Below are positions 44,860-54,845 of a stretch of 64,000 nt of DNA, in pieces. Source of the DNA: a virus. The position numbers and the translations under genes were made by a program. The stretch is from positions 41,621-105,620 of the IMG/VR virus record IMGVR_UViG_3300034072_000926, one strand, 5' to 3'. The notes beneath the pieces were generated by a model, which saw only the letters and a program-made list of their open reading frames with translations, did not search any database and had not been told where the DNA came from. How positions within the stretch are numbered: the stretch's first letter is position 1; each line of letters begins with the position of its first letter.

Positions 44860-44963
44860 GTCTTTTTCTTTCTAGATATACGGATTCTGGATGTGATTGT
44901 CTATATCCGATCTAGCCCAGACATGGGTGAAGCGGGGAATTGTCTCCCCGCTTCGTATTTACC

Positions 44964-46595
44964 TCAACGATAAGAAGTGCGAGTCGTGACCTTCTTCTTT
45001 CCTACAGCCTGACGAGCAGCAATCCTGAACTCATCCAAGCTACCATATTCCATTTCAGCTTGCTGAATGATGGCTTCGTGAATTGTTTCATTGTCATCGA
45101 AATGCTTCTGACAAACTGCACGAATAGCCTGGAAGACCGATGCCTGTGGATTGTTCTTCAGAGTTTCCTTCACAATACGCAGAGCAGCAGCCAACTGACC
45201 ATTAGTTAAGCCGTGTTGGCCGGCCGCACTAGCCTCTTCCAGTTCCTCCTGCTCAAGTGCTTCAGCGAGCCCCTTAGATAGGGCCTCAAGACGTGCGCGG
45301 GTTTCATGCACGCTTGGCGTGCCTTGGTTCACATAGGACCCTTGCTGAACGCCTGCGAGCTTCGCAACTTCCTGAACCTGCTGGGCAAAGAAGACGTCTT
45401 CGGTCGTGTCTTCTTCAACGACTTCGTCCTCTTCGACTTCTTCGTGGAACTGACGATATTCACCAGTTGGCATAACGTCAATGCCTAGCACATAGGCGCC
45501 TTCAGCAATCTCAATAGGATGTTCGCCACTTGCGACCTTAGTTGCAATCACGCGAGCATCGCCGTAAGTCGTGAAGCCTTCCTGGACTAGTTGAACCCTA
45601 GTGCCAGCTGTTGCCCACTTTGGCTGTTCGACTGTGCCGATATTTTCCATGATCTGGGTGTGAACCACCACTGCAAAGTTGTTAGCCTCCATGATGGCCT
45701 CCTCTAGTTCTTCTGTTTCATTAAGTTCTGGATCTCCTGCAAGGCCTTGCAGATCGCAATCACCTGTAGTGAGATCATCAATGCTTTCGTCCATTTGTTC
45801 ATCGAACTGGTCCTCAGTATCGGTCAAAAGCGCATCAGTTTCCATCATGTAATGGAGGGCCTGAGCTTTGAACTCTTCTTCTGACAAAGTGGAAAATTCC
45901 TGCATGTAAGGTGTTGCCTGATAGTGCCCATAGGCTCTTTCAAGAATAGTCTCAACTGGCAAACCTTCATCCATACCACCCCACTCTAGACATTCTAGAA
46001 GGTCACCTTTGTATAGACCATTTCCGATGTCAGCAAGACCTTCGGCGAGACTTTCAGAAATCTTTTTCGCAATCATAAGTGGACTCTTTACCCCTTGGGT
46101 CACATAACCCTTCCTCTTGAATTCAGCGAAGGTCTTTTCATTTGTTAGCATCGCACTGCTATTCGAGGCAGAGAATGCAATGACCTGGAAGTGTTCCATA
46201 TCAAACTCAGTCACGCCGCCATACATCACAGTTGGCTTGAACGTAACTTCTTTGAAAGCCTTGATTGCTTCATCCTTAGTCGAATAGCCAAGCATGACCT
46301 TGTCTTCGTCAAACTTCGAACCATCGACAGTTAGCTGATGAACCACATAGACCTTGGCGCCCTTCTTTGGATTCTTCCTCAGATAGCAATCAAGGTGTTC
46401 GCCGTCAGGACTATGGGTTCCCTTGATATAACCGTAATGTGCTGGGACTTTGATTGCCCATTCATCACCGGTCTTCTTGTTCTTGCCCCTGCGATAACCA
46501 CCAGCAGGGACTTCAATGGAAATATCTAGTCCTTCGAAGTGCTGACGGCTATGAAGCTTCGCCTCATTGAGCTGTTTGAAAAATTCCATACTCAC
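44964..46595 (-). CDS. large acidic protein with N-terminal inorganic-pyrophosphatase-like domain
   Basis: 543 aa; IEVPAGGYRRGKN...AHYGYI.GT.SPDGEHLDCYL parallels family I PPase motifs; acidic central region. Confidence 0.45.
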   Translation of the reverse strand: MSMEFFKQLNEAKLHSRQHFEGLDISIEVPAGGYRRGKNKKTGDEWAIKVPAHYGYIKGTHSPDGEHLDCYLRKNPKKGAKVYVVHQLTVDGSKFDEDKVMLGYSTKDEAIKAFKEVTFKPTVMYGGVTEFDMEHFQVIAFSASNSSAMLTNEKTFAEFKRKGYVTQGVKSPLMIAKKISESLAEGLADIGNGLYKGDLLECLEWGGMDEGLPVETILERAYGHYQATPYMQEFSTLSEEEFKAQALHYMMETDALLTDTEDQFDEQMDESIDDLTTGDCDLQGLAGDPELNETEELEEAIMEANNFAVVVHTQIMENIGTVEQPKWATAGTRVQLVQEGFTTYGDARVIATKVASGEHPIEIAEGAYVLGIDVMPTGEYRQFHEEVEEDEVVEEDTTEDVFFAQQVQEVAKLAGVQQGSYVNQGTPSVHETRARLEALSKGLAEALEQEELEEASAAGQHGLTNGQLAAALRIVKETLKNNPQASVFQAIRAVCQKHFDDNETIHEAIIQQAEMEYGSLDEFRIAARQAVGKKKVTTRTSYR

Positions 46596-46954
46596 CAGAA
46601 GATCCTCCAGAAGAAAGTGTTACCAGTGCTGGTATTCTTTAGCGGGGTCACCTGATAGCCGAGATCAACGAAGTTCTTCTGCACGATATCAATCTGTTCC
46701 TTAAGGCTACGATTATCAAGGTCAGCAAAGAGAACGCCGTAATAGTCACGAGCATCAATCTTTGCTTCATTGAGGGGATCATAGCTCAATGGATCAGTCA
46801 TTGGGCTGACAATGCTCTTGCCAACTTCTACAGAGAGTTCGCCAGCTTCAATAGCCTGATAGATAGCTTCCTCAAGAGCACGAATCTCAGCATGAATTGC
46901 TAGATTGTTCCTCGAGCCTGCACGGGCTTCTGCGGCCGTGGGGAATGTGTTCAT
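46592..46954 (-). CDS. hypothetical protein (120 aa)
   Basis: ORF track; 4-nt overlaps. Confidence 0.4.
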   Translation of the reverse strand: MNTFPTAAEARAGSRNNLAIHAEIRALEEAIYQAIEAGELSVEVGKSIVSPMTDPLSYDPLNEAKIDARDYYGVLFADLDNRSLKEQIDIVQKNFVDLGYQVTPLKNTSTGNTFFWRIFW

Positions 46955-47319
46955 AGTTCATCACCTTTTCGGTCAATCGAGCGGAGAGCAGCAGAACGAA
47001 CAGCTTTATCGTCCTTTTCTGCTTGCTTCTGATCCACTTGTCGTCCAGCGGTTGGATTGTCGATGAATACGCTCATTTGTCCAGTTTCTGGATCAGGCGT
47101 AACATTGATACCCTGAACACCCTTAAGAGCCTGGTTCACCAATTCAGGCGAAGCGGCGGTTCCTTCCAGGTCAGGGTTAGCGGACAATAGGTCAACAACC
47201 TGCTGAACCGTAATAGTTTCAGCACCTTGGGCTTTAAGCGATGCCACGACGTCGAGGATAGCGTTCTTGGCAACATCCAAGACTCCCATATCTTCGACTA
47301 CAATTTCATTCCAACGCAT
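46951..47319 (-). CDS. hypothetical protein (122 aa), N-terminus MRWNEIVVEDM
   Basis: ORF track. Confidence 0.4.
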   Translation of the reverse strand: MRWNEIVVEDMGVLDVAKNAILDVVASLKAQGAETITVQQVVDLLSANPDLEGTAASPELVNQALKGVQGINVTPDPETGQMSVFIDNPTAGRQVDQKQAEKDDKAVRSAALRSIDRKGDEL

Positions 47320-47395
47320 TAGTGCCTCCTAAATTGTCCACTATTTACACTTTAGTCATGGTAAAGCCCCGACGTTTCCGCCGGGGCCCTATCTA

Positions 47396-49711
47396 TTACT
47401 TGTTCAGCTTAGGATTGATCGAGATCTTCTTAGCTGGGGTAGGATTGATCGAGATCTTCTTCGCAGGAGTTGGGTTAATGGAAACCTTCTTCGCAGGAGT
47501 TGGATTGATCGAGACCTTCTTCGATGGAGCAGGGGTTACCTGTGCGACCAGGTCATCCATTTCCTTGTTGCCCTGGTTCATCATGTTGGCCTTAACGCCG
47601 GTCATGACCTTGTCCAGTGCTGGGCTTGCGGCAGCAGGAGCAGCGGATCCCATTGCAGCAGCAGCGCCCATACCAAGAGCAGCCTTCTTCAGCTTGTCCT
47701 TGAAACCTTCGTCAACCTTCTCTTCGGTCGACTCTTCCTTTGGTTCTTCGGCATCCTTCTTGGCAAATGGATTACCCTTTGGCTTTTCGGCAGCTTCTGG
47801 AGCCTTTGAACCACCAACTTCATCAGCCTTTGGCTCTGCGGCCTTTTCGCCACCCTCGGTCTTTGCAGCACCGGCTGGGTTGCTCTTCAGCTTCTGATAG
47901 TCGGTCGAGAATGGCTCGCCCTTATACTGGCCCATAGTGTCTACTGGCCAATGAGCAGCGTTGATGTTCTCGTTAACTGCTTCGTCGCCGTTCAGTTCGC
48001 TCGATGCAGCGGCAGCAAATTCACCAGCGTTCTTTGGAGTCTTGCCATCCTGCTTCATCTTGTTCAGCATCTTGTTCGCAACATTGCGCTCCTGACCAGT
48101 CATACCAGTCATTGCACTCTGAACGCTCTGGTTAGCAGCAGACTTGTTGGTGCCCATCTTGCCTGCCATCTTTGCCATTGCCGAACCGGCGACCTTCTGG
48201 TCCTGAGTCGAAAGAGCAGTGAATTCACGAAGCTTACGAACACTGTAGGCTGCTGGGCTTGCACCGAATTCTGCAGTGAAAGCTTCAACCAGTGCTAGAG
48301 TTGCGTTCTCATCGCCTTCCATCAGACCGGCCTTAGAAGCCATCAGATTCGAAAACTCACGAACGAACTTTGCAGCATTGCCCTTTCCTTCGCTCTGGAT
48401 CGAAGCTTCAATCAGCCGAGCGACCGAACGAGCAGCTAGAGTTGCCTCAGAAACTTCTTCGTCACCCTTTGCCTTCTCACGACGTGCCGACTTACGAGCA
48501 GCAAAGCGATCTGCCTTGTCGTCGTCTTCGTCGTTACCCTTGCGGAAGGTCTTGCCTTCGTCTAGCTCATCCTCGCCTTTACCCTTTTCCTTGCGGGCAG
48601 ACTTACGAGCAGCAAAACGTTCAGCCTTGTCATCTTCGTCGTCATTCTTGCGGAAAGTCTTACCTTCGTTGGTCTGCTTTGCCTGAGCAACAGCATCCTG
48701 GTATGCCTTTTCCTGTTCGTAATCATCCATCGACAACTGGCTCGAACCAGCTACGCGGTGATAATCGTAACCCTTCTTTGCAATAGCACCAACGCTACCG
48801 ACAGAAGCTAGAGCGGCCGCACCAAGAGCAGCATTCTTTAGGCCCCTAGTGAACTTGCCTTCAACGATGTCTAGGTCTGCACTCTGGGTGAAGGTTGGTT
48901 CGGCGAGCTGTGCCATTGCAGCGGCACCATGCTTCTTCTTACCAATCCAACCTGCCAGCTTAACTGGATCAGCGGCTGCCTTCTTTGCAACGCTCGATGC
49001 GAAGCTCTTGAAATGATCTTCTGGCATGCCCATTGCTGCTTCGTTGAGAACCCAATCAATCAGGCTTTCTAGCGACTCAGTTTCAAGTAGCCTGCGACCA
49101 GCAGCTTCTAGGATGATGGATTCGTTCAGGGCCTTACCGCCTTCAACGCTTTCCTTCTTTGCACGACCGAGTGGTTCTTCAACTGGACCAGCGGCAGCAT
49201 CAGCTGCACCGAAATCGTCCATTGCACCATCGAGGTCAGCCGACATATCGTCACCGGCTGGTTCTGCGAATGGATCAGCCGCTGGTGCTTCTGCACCAAC
49301 ATCAGCTGCCATATCATTAGCTGGAAGCTTACCTTCAAGACGCATAATGGAATTGCCCATTTCGTCCTTTGCACGACGAACAGTGTTCATCGCGTTGGTG
49401 ATTGCTTCCTGTGCAGAAGCTTCGAAGGTGTGAGCGCCGTCCTGGCCGAAGGTTGCCTTCATCTTGTCGACGAGTGGGAAGAGATCCTGTGCGTTCATCT
49501 TTGCCAGGTCTTCTGCCATGTTCTGCAGCTTGTGCATCATGTCCTGAGCGGCAAGGATGAGTTCAGCCTGATCCAGGTCGTTCTCAAGTAGGGTGGCCAT
49601 GCCAGATGGCTGAGCTGCTTCTTCCAGCTTACGAGCAGCCACTAGACGAGCCTGCACGTTTGCAACCTCCTCCTTGATCGCCTGAAGCTTTTCAAACTTA
49701 GTCTTGTTCAT
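47396..49711 (-). CDS. large Ala/Lys-rich, low-complexity protein with internal repeats (possible scaffold/internal head protein)
   Basis: 771 aa; C-terminal 4x KK(V/I)SINPTPA; internal ~37-aa duplication (GKTFRK..DEDD.KA.RFAARKSAR.EK.KG). Confidence 0.55.
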   Translation of the reverse strand: MNKTKFEKLQAIKEEVANVQARLVAARKLEEAAQPSGMATLLENDLDQAELILAAQDMMHKLQNMAEDLAKMNAQDLFPLVDKMKATFGQDGAHTFEASAQEAITNAMNTVRRAKDEMGNSIMRLEGKLPANDMAADVGAEAPAADPFAEPAGDDMSADLDGAMDDFGAADAAAGPVEEPLGRAKKESVEGGKALNESIILEAAGRRLLETESLESLIDWVLNEAAMGMPEDHFKSFASSVAKKAAADPVKLAGWIGKKKHGAAAMAQLAEPTFTQSADLDIVEGKFTRGLKNAALGAAALASVGSVGAIAKKGYDYHRVAGSSQLSMDDYEQEKAYQDAVAQAKQTNEGKTFRKNDDEDDKAERFAARKSARKEKGKGEDELDEGKTFRKGNDEDDDKADRFAARKSARREKAKGDEEVSEATLAARSVARLIEASIQSEGKGNAAKFVREFSNLMASKAGLMEGDENATLALVEAFTAEFGASPAAYSVRKLREFTALSTQDQKVAGSAMAKMAGKMGTNKSAANQSVQSAMTGMTGQERNVANKMLNKMKQDGKTPKNAGEFAAAASSELNGDEAVNENINAAHWPVDTMGQYKGEPFSTDYQKLKSNPAGAAKTEGGEKAAEPKADEVGGSKAPEAAEKPKGNPFAKKDAEEPKEESTEEKVDEGFKDKLKKAALGMGAAAAMGSAAPAAASPALDKVMTGVKANMMNQGNKEMDDLVAQVTPAPSKKVSINPTPAKKVSINPTPAKKISINPTPAKKISINPKLNK
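47405..47530. repeat. tandem 30-bp repeat (about 4 units)
   Basis: GATTGATCGAGATCTTCTT-type units; encode the KKxSINPTPA repeats on the minus strand. Confidence 0.6.
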
Positions 49712-49723
49712 ACGATTTGCTCC

Positions 49724-50026
49724 TTAAGCGGAAGTCTTGTTTCGCTTGATACGCTTTGGCGCTACTTCGGAAAGGAAAATGCCAAGAGCTTCCTGAATGA
49801 GAACAGCCTCATTGTATTGAGGATTTTCATTGTAGGAATTGAAAGCAGATTCAGAGATGATCTTGCTTCGCTGTTGGCCATATGCCTCATGAAGGCTCTG
49901 GAGTTCTGCTAGGCTTTCAAAAGCCGAGAAATCAATCGTTACCCCGTGGGTAGATTCTAGGACATTCAAGATCCTAGACAAACGATAGCTTGAGCTCGTT
50001 TTGAGGTCATCGATGACCATAAGCAT
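49724..50026 (-). CDS. hypothetical protein (100 aa)
   Basis: CTAAATAT about 29 nt upstream (plus-strand 50055-50062). Confidence 0.4.
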   Translation of the reverse strand: MLMVIDDLKTSSSYRLSRILNVLESTHGVTIDFSAFESLAELQSLHEAYGQQRSKIISESAFNSYNENPQYNEAVLIQEALGIFLSEVAPKRIKRNKTSA

Positions 50027-50122
50027 CCTTCCAGTTAGCGCGCTGCGTTAGTCTCATATTTAGCGCGGACGTCTGTCAGTCAGCAGGAAACAACTAGCAT
50101 AATGCCAGTCGTTTCCCAATAA

Positions 50123-50851
50123 TTAACGGATGGATTCTAGAATGCTCTTGATCTGATCCTGAGCCGCAAGCGCATTGGCCTTTGCGACATTGAAACGATC
50201 CTTGAACACATTGGCGGCAGCAGTTTCGCCTAGGTTAATCGACTGCTGATAACGAGACTTGTGCTTACCAGTCTCAATGCGATTACGATTGTAATCTTCT
50301 TCCAGTTCTAGAACTTCCTGAACTTTTGCAGAGTCAAGACCCTGGCCCTTGTTCATCAGCTTCATAATTGCGGTTGCAGCTTCCTTGATAACCAGGTCAC
50401 TAACAACGTCTTTACGGCTTGCATCAACAACCGAGAAGCGATTTACTTCCTTGCCATTGCTTTCCTGGATGGATACCAATACAGTGAATGGACCATTACT
50501 AGCTGCCGGGGCGGGTGCAAAGTGAGAAGCTTCAACGAGAGGCTGACGCTGTGGCTGAGTTGGTTCATCGCCACCGAGTGCGCTCATCTTCTCGAGCAAG
50601 GTCTTCATTGCGTCAACTTCTTCGCGACTTGTGCCGAAGCTTGGCATGTAGGGCTGTGCAGGAGGGGCCTGACGGCTCTCATATAGTGGACGCTGAGTTC
50701 CAGCATGGCCACCAGTGTAATGGGCTTGCTGAGGTTGCTGAACGGCAGGAACATTTGAGCCGCCGCCATTGCCACCATTCATAATCTGCAGAAGGCGAGC
50801 CATTTCAGCTTTTTCTTGATTGCTTGGGCCCATCGGAATTAGATTTGACAT
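50123..50851 (-). CDS. hypothetical protein (242 aa)
   Basis: ORF track; Gly/Gln/Pro-rich N-terminal half. Confidence 0.45.
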   Translation of the reverse strand: MSNLIPMGPSNQEKAEMARLLQIMNGGNGGGSNVPAVQQPQQAHYTGGHAGTQRPLYESRQAPPAQPYMPSFGTSREEVDAMKTLLEKMSALGGDEPTQPQRQPLVEASHFAPAPAASNGPFTVLVSIQESNGKEVNRFSVVDASRKDVVSDLVIKEAATAIMKLMNKGQGLDSAKVQEVLELEEDYNRNRIETGKHKSRYQQSINLGETAAANVFKDRFNVAKANALAAQDQIKSILESIR

Positions 50852-50852
50852 A

Positions 50853-51083
50853 TTATCTCCAAAGGTCGTCGAGTTTGCTTACCACATAGTAGATGTTTCC
50901 ATCACGTTGGGTTCTTTCCAGAACGCCACGGCTGACCATCTTGCGGGCAACTTCACGTTGACGTTCATCTAGCTCTTTACGCTGGATGAATTGCCCCTCC
51001 TGAGATTCAATCAAATCAATCAGACCCTGCTCCTCTTGGGAAACAGGGATCTGAAGTCCGCCGCGAATCTCATGGAAGCGCAT
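50853..51083 (-). CDS. hypothetical protein (76 aa)
   Basis: ORF track. Confidence 0.4.
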   Translation of the reverse strand: MRFHEIRGGLQIPVSQEEQGLIDLIESQEGQFIQRKELDERQREVARKMVSRGVLERTQRDGNIYYVVSKLDDLWR

Positions 51084-51086
51084 GGT

Positions 51087-52412
51087 TTACTTCTTACGGC
51101 GTTCGCCGAGGTAATCGCGACCCATCATCTGCACCTGATTAGTCAGGTCTTGCAGCTTCTGGATCAGGCTCTTGTATTCGGAGAGACGAATGTCTGCCAG
51201 CATGGTCTGAATGTTGTTCAGGCCGTCTTCAATCTGGCTCATTGCGTCGCTCTGTGTAGGAGCCATTGGCATTGCACCCGGCATACCCATTGGCTCAACT
51301 GGATCAGTACCAAGGGCACCTGGGATACCGGCGTCTGCAGGAATCTCTGCATCAAGGTCGCTGCCCATATCTACTGGTTCTGCGCCCGCAGGAGCAATCT
51401 CTGGAGCATCTAGGTCTCCAAGCTCTTCGGGTTCCCCACCGACTGGACCCGCAGCCAAAACACCCTCTGGATCAATCTCAGGGGCATCAGCAACTTCAAT
51501 ACCTGCAATGTCGTCATCCATCAGAGGCAGACCTGCGAGTTCGCGCAGGCGGAAGAGTGGGTTTACTTTGTTCATACCAATTACTCCTTCGTCTAGGCGG
51601 CTCACTTCAGTCTCAGCTACCATTTCAAGCTGGCCGTTCATAATAACGCCGATTGTTCCGTTTGGTCCATGTGGGATCTTGACCTGGCCGGTTACACCGC
51701 CAACGTTCACATCCTCACCAATTGCGAATTCGATCTCCTCGTCGAAACGAGGCTTGTGCTTGGCACCACGACCGTGCTTGTCTACCTTACGAGCGTCGAC
51801 GCCATCTTTGTGGTAGCCGGCCTTACCAGCAACCGGCATAGCAGCAAGTGGATTGCGCTGCTTCATAGTTGCCATCTTTTCACGAGCTTCACGCTCACGC
51901 TTCTTTGAATTCTTGCTCATCTTCTCTTCAATCTCAATGGAATCACGAACTGTTGGCTTGCGGAGGATCTCCGACAGAGCGCGACCAGTGCGATAAGCAC
52001 CTTCACGATCATTGCACTCAATGCGGTAGTTTACAGGACTGGTTGCCTGATAAGCAACTTCATTCTCGTCCAACCAATCCAGAACGCGATCACGGGTTTG
52101 TTCAGTAACTTCGACCGCATAGGTGAAGCCTTCATCAACGCGAGTCATAACACCGAAGGTTTCGTCCAGTGCCTTGCCTTCGCGGATGCTTTCCCATTGT
52201 GCGTTCAGGAGATCGTTGCTCATTGCAGCCTCATTCTTTAACTTGATACCATATTTACCTAAAAGAGAATTCACTCGAACAGTATTCCTGCTCTTGATCG
52301 CATCGACCAATGCCATAAGGATATTGCCTTCGATTTGTGCCTCCAGGTCATTAGCAGTTTTCTCATCCACACCCTTGCTTACAAGGTAGTCGGTCAAGTC
52401 GAACTTATCCAT
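51087..52412 (-). CDS. hypothetical protein (441 aa) with Pro/Asp/Ala-rich C-terminal region
   Basis: ORF track; possibly a morphogenesis protein. Confidence 0.5.
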   Translation of the reverse strand: MDKFDLTDYLVSKGVDEKTANDLEAQIEGNILMALVDAIKSRNTVRVNSLLGKYGIKLKNEAAMSNDLLNAQWESIREGKALDETFGVMTRVDEGFTYAVEVTEQTRDRVLDWLDENEVAYQATSPVNYRIECNDREGAYRTGRALSEILRKPTVRDSIEIEEKMSKNSKKREREAREKMATMKQRNPLAAMPVAGKAGYHKDGVDARKVDKHGRGAKHKPRFDEEIEFAIGEDVNVGGVTGQVKIPHGPNGTIGVIMNGQLEMVAETEVSRLDEGVIGMNKVNPLFRLRELAGLPLMDDDIAGIEVADAPEIDPEGVLAAGPVGGEPEELGDLDAPEIAPAGAEPVDMGSDLDAEIPADAGIPGALGTDPVEPMGMPGAMPMAPTQSDAMSQIEDGLNNIQTMLADIRLSEYKSLIQKLQDLTNQVQMMGRDYLGERRKK

Positions 52413-52721
52413 TCTTCTTTCCCTTCTTTACGTGAATACGGGTCTTGATCTTAGGACCACGATTCTCTTGGATGATCTGCTCAAATTGAAGAGACCATAG
52501 GTATGAAGCCTGTTCACGGATATTTCCAGCGACAGGCGTAATAAGAGGCTCATCGCCAAACAGCTCAGAAAGAGTCATTGGTTGCTCACAGGTTCAAAGT
52601 TGGATCCGTGGTATTTAGCTTATCGTGCAATCTGCGGAGCAATGTAGCTAGTTAAAGCAACATACCCAAAAAACGCACTTTACGGTAAATAACGGTAACG
52701 GTTCGCGTAGGGAGACTACAT

Positions 52722-52967
52722 ATGGGTGATCTATTCAAAAGTGTAGTCGAAATGATCGCGAAGGGCGAAGCAGGAGCTCTGACGGCTATTCTCCTAGCTA
52801 TCATTGGTGTCTTGGGTTGGTATTGTTTTCGCCTGATGAAGCAACTGGAAAAGAAGGACGAGAAGATCTATAAGATCATCGACGACTATTCCAAGAACAA
52901 CATCACTATCACTGACGCTCTAAACGGCCTCAAGACGGTGCTTATTGAGATTAAGGCAAAGCTCTAA
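52722..52967 (+). CDS. small single-TM protein
   Basis: 81 aa; LTAILLAIIGVLGWYCF TM; TAATG overlap with the PAS gene. Confidence 0.4.
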   Translation: MGDLFKSVVEMIAKGEAGALTAILLAIIGVLGWYCFRLMKQLEKKDEKIYKIIDDYSKNNITITDALNGLKTVLIEIKAKL

Positions 52968-54628
52968 TGTGGTTTAAAGATCGGAAGGAAAAGAAGAAGC
53001 AGCGTGAAGCTGTTTTGAAAGCGGCGCTTGACTCTAGCGAAGCCCTTGAAAAGGCCGCTAAAGGCACGATGAACCTTGCCGAAGATGTAACCAAAACCCT
53101 TCAAAGCAAAATTGACGACTATGCTCGGCAGATTGACCAAACGTCTAGTCTGCTGAGCGACGCTCTCATTCTAGTTGATGACCACGGAGTCATCGAAAGT
53201 TTCAATCCAGCGGCTGAAAAGATGTTTGGTATTGCTAGGAGACATATCAGGGGGAAGAGCATTTCTAAGCTCTTCGAATTCCCCAAAGATACTATCATCG
53301 ACCCAGTGTTCATGGATGAACTAACCGTAAAGGTCAATGAGAATGATCCTGCAGCCACTGTCCATTATGAAGACTTCATGGGCATCCGTAAAGATGGCAT
53401 GACTTTCCATGTGGACGTCAGTGCCAGCAAATTCACCAGGAACAACTCGAAAGTCCATTACATCATCCTAGTCCACGATGTGACCCACAAGGTGGCGAAT
53501 AGCAAAATGGTCGAAGATCTTGCTCAGAGGAACATGGAACTCCTTGCTACCATTGATGCATCAAATACCGGATTCATTATCCTAAGCCCTGATGGTAGCG
53601 ACTTCAAGATCAACTTCGTCAACATGGGCTTTAGTCGTCTCACTGGGTATTCTAGGACTCAGATCAAGAATATGAGCCTTATGGATCTTCTTGGCATCGA
53701 GCAAACTTTCTGGTCGGTTCGTCGTAGCCTTCTTGAACAGAAAGAAGCACGTCACGAAGTCCAGCTAGAGATCGGAACATGTCAGACTATCTGGTTTGAC
53801 ATTCAGATCACACCAGTGTTCAACGATGGTATCTGTAGTCAGTGGATCTTAGTGTTCTATGACACTACTGCACTAAAGAAAGCATATCACGATCTCAGGA
53901 AGAGCGAATCACATTTCAAGGCGTTTAGTGATGCAAGTTCCGAGTCCATGCTTATCCACAACTTTGGTCAGGTCATTGATTGGAACGATCGCCTCAACGC
54001 ATTGACTGGCTATACAGATGAAGAGATTGAGAAACTCATGCCTCTTGATCTTGTCCATCCTCTCGAACGTGAGAAGATCAGAGAAGAGGTTCATTTAACT
54101 GGTAACAATAGCTATGAAACGCTATTCATGACCAAACAAGGCGATGTTCGTGAGGTTGCAATCAACAGTCGTTCCATTGAATGGGATAACACTGATGCAA
54201 GGATTTCAATTGTTCGAGATGTAACCGAATACAAGGATATCGAGACTCAGTTGAAGACTGCAAGGGAGCGTTATCGCACGGTCATCGATAACACGATCGA
54301 TATGGTCATTTGCTTCAATAGCGATTTCGAGATTACCTTCTCGAATCAGACCTTCCGTGACTACTATGAAGTAGAGCTAGAAGACATCAATGGGTTCTCA
54401 CTCTTGGAGATCATCCCTGAGACTGACCATAAGAAGTTCAAGGAATATATGATGGAGATCGCCCCTGGGAATGATGTTCGTCGAGGTATTCACCGTGTCC
54501 AGCGTCATGGAGACATTAGGATGCAGGATTGGATCGACCGTGGCATCTTTGATGAAGATGGAAATCTCATTGAAATTCAGAGTGTTGCTCGAGACGTAAC
54601 TAGCCTTTTGCCTCCACCTACTACTTGA
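52967..54628 (+). CDS. four-PAS-domain protein without recognisable output domain
   Basis: 553 aa; four repeats of about 110 aa each with a PAS-like core (..D..G.I...N......G........G........). Confidence 0.65.
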   Translation: MWFKDRKEKKKQREAVLKAALDSSEALEKAAKGTMNLAEDVTKTLQSKIDDYARQIDQTSSLLSDALILVDDHGVIESFNPAAEKMFGIARRHIRGKSISKLFEFPKDTIIDPVFMDELTVKVNENDPAATVHYEDFMGIRKDGMTFHVDVSASKFTRNNSKVHYIILVHDVTHKVANSKMVEDLAQRNMELLATIDASNTGFIILSPDGSDFKINFVNMGFSRLTGYSRTQIKNMSLMDLLGIEQTFWSVRRSLLEQKEARHEVQLEIGTCQTIWFDIQITPVFNDGICSQWILVFYDTTALKKAYHDLRKSESHFKAFSDASSESMLIHNFGQVIDWNDRLNALTGYTDEEIEKLMPLDLVHPLEREKIREEVHLTGNNSYETLFMTKQGDVREVAINSRSIEWDNTDARISIVRDVTEYKDIETQLKTARERYRTVIDNTIDMVICFNSDFEITFSNQTFRDYYEVELEDINGFSLLEIIPETDHKKFKEYMMEIAPGNDVRRGIHRVQRHGDIRMQDWIDRGIFDEDGNLIEIQSVARDVTSLLPPPTT

Positions 54629-54845
54629 CAAAAGGTTATAAGACTTTACTCTAAAGCCTAAGGAGTAAGTCATGTCATCACAAATCCCAGCCTACCGATT
54701 CAAGATCATCCACAAGGATGACAATGTAACCGTGCGATGTAATGACATATTGCTCGCTGCTATCAAAGAAGCGAAGAAATCATCCTGATACAAGAAAACG
54801 CCAGTGTTTCCACTGGCGTTCCTCGTTTTCGGACTTTCTAAAAAC

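Noticed and set aside
44929-44954. GAAGCGGGGA-attgtc-TCCCCGCTTC hairpin downstream of the 44964..46595 gene
   Set aside because: Strong stem but no clear U-tract in the transcribed (minus) orientation; left as an uncertain terminator.
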